Below, piece by piece: positions 7,808 to 12,858 of a stretch of DNA of 12,858 nucleotides. A model generated the notes under the pieces. That model saw only the letters and a list, made by a program, of their open reading frames with translations, searched no databases and was not told the origin of the DNA. Each line of letters opens with the position of its first letter. Positions within the stretch are counted from its first letter, which is position 1. The stretch is from Thermovirgaceae bacterium (lineage in GTDB: Bacteria; Synergistota; Synergistia; Synergistales; Thermovirgaceae). The translations under genes and the position numbers were made by a program. The stretch lies in assembly GCA_046542505.1 (NCBI GenBank), contig JBKHBH010000057.1, positions 1-12,858 on the forward strand, read 5' to 3'.

Positions 7808-9130
7808 CTAGTCGCGCTTCATCAATACCGTGAGGTAAAAACCGTCATGCCAAGGAAGCGCCGGCCAGAGATAATATCCCCATGGTCTTCCTCGATGAAC
7901 ATTATGATAGTTGCTGGACAGGGGCATTTCAACAACATTCGGTTTGCTGCCGAGGGTATCGGCCACAACCCTCTCATTTTCGTCACGAAAAATGCTGCAC
8001 GTGGAATAAATGACGAGCCCCCCGGGATGAACAAGGTCAAGAGCTCTCGAGAGGAGCCGCCCCTGGAGAGAAGCGAGTTCATTCAGCCTTTCAGGAGTCT
8101 GTCTGAGTTTCGCATCAGGATGACGAGCCCACGTTCCGCTTCCCGAGCATGGCGCGTCGACGAATACCAGGCGCGGAGATTTGCGCGGTTCAATTTCGAG
8201 AGCATCGCCCTTCCGAAAGGTGACTTTTTCTCCATCGAGCCCAAGGCGATGCATTTCCCGTTTTGCTGCTTCCAGGCGTCCGGAGGAAAGCTCCCATGCC
8301 TCGAGTTCGACTCCGGGAATCTTTTGCAGAATCTGCCCCGTCTTCACTCCTCTCCCACAGCACATCTCGAGAAGGGGCCCGCCGTCGCAAAAGGAAGAAA
8401 CAATTTCACCGACGACCATGGATGATTCCGTCTGGGGGGTGACAAGACCTTCCCGAAAACCCGGCAGTCCCGGCGGGAAGGCAGAAGAGGCCATCCGCAG
8501 GGATTTCTCCAGGTGAGGCGACGGCCAGGCGTAAAAACCGGCTCCGTGAAGCTCTTCCGCTATCTTTAATCCGTCAACACCCCGGGAAAGGCGGAGAGAC
8601 ATAAAAGCTTTCATTGCCATGAGACGAAGCAGCCGACGTGCCTCGTCCCTGCCCCAGTTGTCTGAAAGATATGTGCCGATCCATCGGGGAACTCCCCCAT
8701 AAAGGCACTGGTCCCGCAGAGACCGGCTTTCAGAAATCTGGGATACTGCCTGCTTTCCACGTTCCGAGGCTTTTCGGAGCACGGCGTTCACCATTTTGGC
8801 CTCCCGGGGCGAACCGTTTTTTTTGACGGCCTCCACCAAGGCACTGACAAGAACCTGGGGTGCGAAACTCCGCAATTCCACAAGACCTGCTATTCCGAGC
8901 ACAAGGGTATCACCGGCGAGGGGGGAAACCGCGCCAAGTGGTTTCCCTGAAAAACGTACGGCGAGGCTCTTCCAAAGTGGCGCCCGTCGCAGTCCCGCAT
9001 AAACGAGGGACGACGCCAGTGTTCTTTCGGTCCCCGGAAGATTTTCGGTCCTTTTCCGGATCGCCTCGCTCGCGAAAGCTCCTTTCATAACATCCCGCCA
9101 AACGTAAAGAGCGGCTTCTATACCCCTCAT
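7808..9130 (-). CDS. rsmB: RsmB/Sun-family RNA m5C methyltransferase with N-terminal NusB-like domain
   Basis: Both catalytic Cys motifs are present (VDAPCSGSG, YSTCS), along with RHPD, ENE-VV, DGFY and NusB-like VNAVLRK. I moved the start from 9229 to ATG 9130, which has an ATGA overlap with the upstream stop and GGAGG upstream. Confidence 0.88.
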   Translation of the reverse strand: MRGIEAALYVWRDVMKGAFASEAIRKRTENLPGTERTLASSLVYAGLRRAPLWKSLAVRFSGKPLGAVSPLAGDTLVLGIAGLVELRSFAPQVLVSALVEAVKKNGSPREAKMVNAVLRKASERGKQAVSQISESRSLRDQCLYGGVPRWIGTYLSDNWGRDEARRLLRLMAMKAFMSLRLSRGVDGLKIAEELHGAGFYAWPSPHLEKSLRMASSAFPPGLPGFREGLVTPQTESSMVVGEIVSSFCDGGPLLEMCCGRGVKTGQILQKIPGVELEAWELSSGRLEAAKREMHRLGLDGEKVTFRKGDALEIEPRKSPRLVFVDAPCSGSGTWARHPDAKLRQTPERLNELASLQGRLLSRALDLVHPGGLVIYSTCSIFRDENERVVADTLGSKPNVVEMPLSSNYHNVHRGRPWGYYLWPALPWHDGFYLTVLMKRD

Positions 9131-9822
9131 GAGCGAAGGACCTCCACTTTCGGCGGTTCCCCACGAACCCTTGTCCGGATGAAAATTTCCCCCGGTACAG
9201 CGACTCTCAAGCCCATCGCCCTTGTCCATCTGTTTCTTCCTTCGATCCCCACGATTTCAACTCCCTCGACGTCTGTGGCCGTTGTAAGATACATCTGGGC
9301 ATAGCGTCCCGCATAGGGTCCCAGGAACCAGGAAACAACCAGAGCAAGAACCACCGTCAACATGCTGAGCGATCCTGTTAAAAACAGGAGCAGCACGAAC
9401 AAAGCCGACATGAGGGTGTTGACGGTTACGATGGTGGTTCCGCATCTTTCGTGAAGGGCCAGGTCCCTTTCACCCCTTTTGAGCCTCGCGAGAGCTTCAC
9501 GGGACGCGCCAAGGGCGAGCTCACCCGATACAGGGCCGTTCACTGTGAATCCCTCTTCCGACGCCAGACCCGACATCATGGGAATCCCGTACTTCTCCTC
9601 GATGACATTGATGGTACCGTGCTCGAGTGCATGGTTTCGCCGGACCCGTTTGTTTGAAAGAATCCTGAAGAGCTCCTTGGGACCGATGACCAGCCATACC
9701 AGCGACCGGGCCGCAAACCCCAGCGGCACCAGCAGGATGAGAAAGACAAAAAGGCCGAGAAACAGCAACCCGAGCCAGGGCATCACGAAAAGCAGCATCA
9801 GCGCGACGAGAAGCAGGGGCAT
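9127..9822 (-). CDS. Conserved membrane protein of unknown function (resembles DUF6391 family)
   Basis: Hydrophobic N-terminus, RRNHALEHGT and LALHERCGT motifs, and a second hydrophobic pair. Strong SD AAGGAGG. The family assignment is from recall of the motifs, not from a search. Confidence 0.75.
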   Translation of the reverse strand: MPLLLVALMLLFVMPWLGLLFLGLFVFLILLVPLGFAARSLVWLVIGPKELFRILSNKRVRRNHALEHGTINVIEEKYGIPMMSGLASEEGFTVNGPVSGELALGASREALARLKRGERDLALHERCGTTIVTVNTLMSALFVLLLFLTGSLSMLTVVLALVVSWFLGPYAGRYAQMYLTTATDVEGVEIVGIEGRNRWTRAMGLRVAVPGEIFIRTRVRGEPPKVEVLRS

Positions 9823-9862
9823 AAAGGCAGTTCCCTCCTTGTAATCATGCCTGAATCACGTC

Positions 9863-9893
9863 AAAGAAACAGGGTGGCCTGTGCCACCCTGTT
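9863..9893 (-). terminator. Intrinsic terminator-like hairpin after the Zn-peptidase gene
   Basis: Perfect 11-bp stem AACAGGGTGGC (9868-9878), 4-nt loop, GCCACCCTGTT (9883-9893). On the minus strand it is followed by TCTTT. Confidence 0.7.
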
Positions 9894-9950
9894 ATTGAAC
9901 CGTCACCGGACGGTTGCCACAAACACAAACTCCCGCCGGATACATGAAGA

Positions 9951-10643
9951 TCAATTGTTTCTCATCCCGCGCAAAAATATCAGTCTGGCCAGTTGAAGTG
10001 CAGCCATGACCGTGGCTGCAACGTATGTCAAGGCTGCCGCGTTAAGGACGGCTCTTGCGCCTTTCATCTCGTCTGCTGCGAGAATTCCCGTGCCGCCCAG
10101 AATCTTCAGCGCTCTCCCGCTCGCATTGTATTCCACAGGAAGGGTCACCAGGTGGAACACGAGGACCCCGAGGAAAAAGAGGATCCCTACGTCCATCAAA
10201 AGAGGTGTGCGAAAAAGGAACCCGATAAAAAAAAGCGGGAAGGCCAGCCCGGATCCCAGGCTCACCACCGGGACTATGGAGTTCCGGAGCTTGAGCGGTG
10301 CATAGGCTCCCGCGTCCTGCAGGGCATGACCGGCCTCGTGGGCTGCGACTCCGATGGCCGCAATGCTTGGGCTGCTGTATACCGTTTCGGAAAGACGAAG
10401 GGTCTTCGCCTTCGGATCATAATGATCGGTCAGAGATCCGGGAGTCCGCTCCACGGGAATGTTGCCCAAACCGTTTTCGTCAAGGATGCGCCGGGCCACG
10501 TCCTTTGCCGTCAGCCCGTTTCTGGCTGCAATCCTGCTGTACCGCTGGTAGGTTCCCTTGACCTTCAATTGAGCCCATCCGGCAAGGATCAGCGCCGGAA
10601 TCAAAAGTAAAAACGTCGGATCGAAAAAGAAGGGATACAACAC
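9951..10643 (-). CDS. Putative neutral zinc metallopeptidase, membrane-bound (YugP / Zn_peptidase_2 family)
   Basis: LTDHYDP, LRLS, VAAHEAGHALQ (HExxH), TLPVEYNAS-RA and VL-AAALTYVA. GTG start with SD GGAGGTG. Confidence 0.93.
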   Translation of the reverse strand: MLYPFFFDPTFLLLIPALILAGWAQLKVKGTYQRYSRIAARNGLTAKDVARRILDENGLGNIPVERTPGSLTDHYDPKAKTLRLSETVYSSPSIAAIGVAAHEAGHALQDAGAYAPLKLRNSIVPVVSLGSGLAFPLFFIGFLFRTPLLMDVGILFFLGVLVFHLVTLPVEYNASGRALKILGGTGILAADEMKGARAVLNAAALTYVAATVMAALQLARLIFLRGMRNN

Positions 10644-10713
10644 CCCTTCACCTCCAGTTTAAATGTCGTGGTACTCACCCGAAAAATGTGAAGCAACATC
10701 TCTTGTCGAGGAC

Positions 10714-10742
10714 ATTTTACACGATCTTTCTGAGTAAATCAA
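10714..10742 (-). promoter_or_regulatory. Putative sigma70 promoter for the Zn-peptidase gene
   Basis: The minus strand reads TTGATT (10742-10737), 17 nt, TAAAAT (10719-10714), about 70 nt upstream of the start codon. Confidence 0.6.
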
Positions 10743-10748
10743 TATTGG

Positions 10749-11891
10749 TCAAATTTTCCCGTAAAACTTTGCCATTGCCTTTACAACACGTTCCTGCTCC
10801 TCCGCCAGAAGTTCCGGAAACATGGGAAGAGCCAGCGCCTCCCGGGCAAGTGTCTCGGAAACGGGGTAATCGCCCGGCCCGCAACCCAAAAAAGCGAAAC
10901 ATTGCTGCAGGTGAAGAGGCCTCGGGTAGTAGACACGGGTGGCAATTCCTTTTTCTCTCAAAAAGGCCTGCAGTTTGTCACGTTTTTTACAGCGAATAAC
11001 GTACTGGTGCCAGGTATGGTGGTTCCCCTCCTCTTCCACAGGGGGTGTCACCACGTCCTCCAGGTTTTTCTCGGCAAAAAGGAGTCTGTATCGTTCCGCA
11101 GCCCTTCGTCTCTCCACGTTCCAGGCTTCCAGGTGGCGCAACCGGACCCTGAGGACCGCTGCCTGTATTGCATCAAGGCGGCTGTTGATCCCCACTTCCT
11201 CGTGCATATACTGTTCCCCCGCGCCATGAACCCGAAGTTTCGTGAGGCGCTCGGCGAGTTCTGCCGACGAGGTGACGACGAGTCCGCCGTCCCCGTAGGC
11301 GCCGAGATTTTTCGTGGGGAAAAAGGAAAAACACCCCATGATTCCCTCCGTTCCGGCTTTAACTGGACGACCGTCGACAAACCGGACGGCACCGATAGCC
11401 TGGGCCGCGTCTTCCACTATGGAAATATTTCTTTTCTTCGCAACGGGAATCATCTTTTCTACACGAGCCATCTGCCCGAAAAGATGAACCGGCAGTATCG
11501 CCTTGGTTCTGTCCGTTATCGCTTTCTCGACCGAGGCGGGAGAGAGGTTGTACGTCTTCGGGTCTACGTCGGCGAAAACCGGCCGCGCTCCAAGCCTTGT
11601 AATGCAACTCGCCGTCGCGAAAAAAGAATACGGTGTCGTAACGACCTCTTCGCCGGGTTGTACGTCGAGAACCATCAGCGCCAAAAGGAGTGCGTCGGAA
11701 CCCGAAGCGCACCCTGTGCCGTGGGGCACTCCAAGGTAAGCTGCGATCTCTTCCTCAAACTGCCTCACCTCGGGGCCGAGAATAAAATGCTGGCTTTCAA
11801 GCACCCGGTCGATTTCGCTTTTGATCTCGTCACGTATGCGCTGGTAGTTTCGCTTCAGGTCAAAAGATGGCAACTGCGTGTCCGGTGTCAT
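10749..11891 (-). CDS. DegT/DnrJ/EryC1/StrS family PLP-dependent nucleotide-sugar aminotransferase
   Basis: GCASGSDAL, TTPYSFFAT, ILPVHLFG, EDAAQAIG, FSFFPTKNLGAYGDGG (PLP lysine), GINSRLDAIQAA and LALPMFP. SD AGGAGG. Confidence 0.96.
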   Translation of the reverse strand: MTPDTQLPSFDLKRNYQRIRDEIKSEIDRVLESQHFILGPEVRQFEEEIAAYLGVPHGTGCASGSDALLLALMVLDVQPGEEVVTTPYSFFATASCITRLGARPVFADVDPKTYNLSPASVEKAITDRTKAILPVHLFGQMARVEKMIPVAKKRNISIVEDAAQAIGAVRFVDGRPVKAGTEGIMGCFSFFPTKNLGAYGDGGLVVTSSAELAERLTKLRVHGAGEQYMHEEVGINSRLDAIQAAVLRVRLRHLEAWNVERRRAAERYRLLFAEKNLEDVVTPPVEEEGNHHTWHQYVIRCKKRDKLQAFLREKGIATRVYYPRPLHLQQCFAFLGCGPGDYPVSETLAREALALPMFPELLAEEQERVVKAMAKFYGKI

Positions 11892-11956
11892 GGCGATCCT
11901 CCTGACAAGTACAATGTCTTACACAATATTGTCACACGGTATTTGGCCCTCGTGAC

Positions 11957-11986
11957 AAAAACGGACGGGAGATTTCTCCCGCCCGC
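11957..11986 (-). terminator. Intrinsic terminator after the GntR gene
   Basis: The minus strand reads CGGGCGGGAG-AAAT-CTCCCGTCCG (10 bp, one G-U pair) followed by TTTTT. Confidence 0.75.
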
Positions 11987-12029
11987 AATATGCTCCGTCC
12001 GTCTTGTTGAAGCCTGCCCCAAGCCGGGC

Positions 12030-12686
12030 CTACTTCTCGGGATCCTTGAGGTTGCAAAGGGTCCTCTTGAGGTGTTCGCGCATCAATGTTACGGCCACCT
12101 CGGAATCCTTTTCTTTCAGGGATTTGAGTATGGCCTTGTGTTGGGTGATGCTCGGGTTTTCCTCGATATCGTAAAAAGGGTCGTAAAAGACCACATAGGC
12201 ATTCGTTCTCGCCAGAATATTCTCGATATATTCCGACAAAACCCTGTTCCCGCTCGCATCGGCGATCACCTTGTGAAAGGTTTCGTTCACTTCCAGGTAC
12301 AGTTCGAGGTTTTTTTCCTCGAAGGCCCTTTCTTCTTCAAGTATCGCATCTTCCAACCTGCGGAGGTTTCTTTCACTGATCCTTCCCGCAGCGAGGCGGG
12401 TTGCCAAGCATTCAAGCTCCTCGCGCACGAGATAGGTGTCATCCATTTCCCGTTTCGTCGGTGAAGCAAGGCGGGCACCACTGTTGGGGATGATAAGGAC
12501 AAGCCCCTCACTCGCAAGCCTCCGGAGGGCTTCCCGTACCGGCGTCCTGCTGACGCCCATCTGCACCGCGATGTTTACCTCGGGCAGTCTCTGGCCGGGT
12601 TTAAGCTGTTTCGTGATGATTTTGTGCCGGAGCTCCTGGTAGACGTAGTCTGCGGAGGTGGTGTAGAGTCTCGGCTCCATGATCAT
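12030..12686 (-). CDS. GntR family transcriptional regulator (FadR/FCD-type C-terminal domain)
   Basis: Winged HTH YQELRHKII...LKPGQRLPE...MGVSRTPVREALRRLASEGLV; FCD motifs RE-LE, NETFH...ASGN, QH and MREH. I placed the start at ATG 12686 (AGGAGG 8 nt upstream) instead of the ORF-track start at 12755. Confidence 0.93.
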   Translation of the reverse strand: MIMEPRLYTTSADYVYQELRHKIITKQLKPGQRLPEVNIAVQMGVSRTPVREALRRLASEGLVLIIPNSGARLASPTKREMDDTYLVREELECLATRLAAGRISERNLRRLEDAILEEERAFEEKNLELYLEVNETFHKVIADASGNRVLSEYIENILARTNAYVVFYDPFYDIEENPSITQHKAILKSLKEKDSEVAVTLMREHLKRTLCNLKDPEK

Positions 12687-12774
12687 CGGTACAACCTCCT
12701 CTCCTGCTCCACTTTCGCACGATTGAGAAACAATACGGTCATGTACACATTTCAATACCCTTTGATTTCAAATT

Positions 12775-12803
12775 ATGTTATCACAATCCATACATGCACA
12801 CAA
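12775..12803 (-). promoter_or_regulatory. Putative promoter for the GntR gene
   Basis: The minus strand reads TTGTGT (12803-12798), 17 nt, TAACAT (12780-12775), with a TGn extended -10, in an AT-rich stretch. Confidence 0.4.
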
Positions 12804-12858
12804 CAGGTCGCCCCACGGCCTGAAATGGCCTATACTGTCCCCTGTTCCTGCATTGCGA

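Noticed and set aside
6845..8425. 526-aa plus-strand ORF
   Set aside because: It is antisense to the in-frame PASTA and rsmB genes. Its hydrophobic-looking N-terminus is the reverse complement of the E/Q/K linker.
9131..9229. 33-aa N-terminal extension of RsmB in the ORF track
   Set aside because: It overlaps the upstream gene by ~100 nt. ATG 9130 has an ATGA coupling overlap and an SD.
10902..12464. 520-aa plus-strand ORF spanning degT, the intergenic region and gntR
   Set aside because: degT and gntR are in the same frame (138-bp gap), which allows a continuous shadow ORF. It has no domain motifs and conflicts with two well-supported genes.
12687..12755. 23-aa N-terminal extension of GntR in the ORF track
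   Set aside because: It contains the SD for ATG 12686 and a candidate operator, so it is most likely 5' UTR.

Overview
This is a ~12.9 kb core-genome (housekeeping) region with 13 protein-coding genes, all on the minus strand. In transcription order they are: GntR/FCD regulator, DegT-family PLP sugar aminotransferase, YugP-like membrane Zn-metallopeptidase, DUF6391-like membrane protein, RsmB, kinase-less PASTA membrane protein, Rpe, RodZ, RimO, PgpA, CinA, ThpR and RecA. The last ten genes (9822 to 225) overlap or are separated by 12 bp or less and look like one ~9.6 kb operon. The gene set and protein style suggest an anaerobic diderm bacterium, possibly Synergistota; this is an inference and was not verified. 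I saw no RNA genes, mobile elements, CRISPR arrays or defence systems, and the long plus-strand ORFs are antisense shadows. I do not see a clearly new system. The best leads are four. (i) A PrkC/Stk1-type ectodomain protein has no kinase and sits where Firmicutes have rlmN-stp-prkC-rsgA, next to two candidate membrane metalloproteins. (ii) The rsmB-rpe and rodZ-recA clusters are joined, with pgpA where pgsA usually sits. (iii) There are mutually exclusive RNA hairpins between gntR and degT, and tandem hairpins ahead of the big operon. (iv) A repeat- and palindrome-rich promoter region lies at the left edge.
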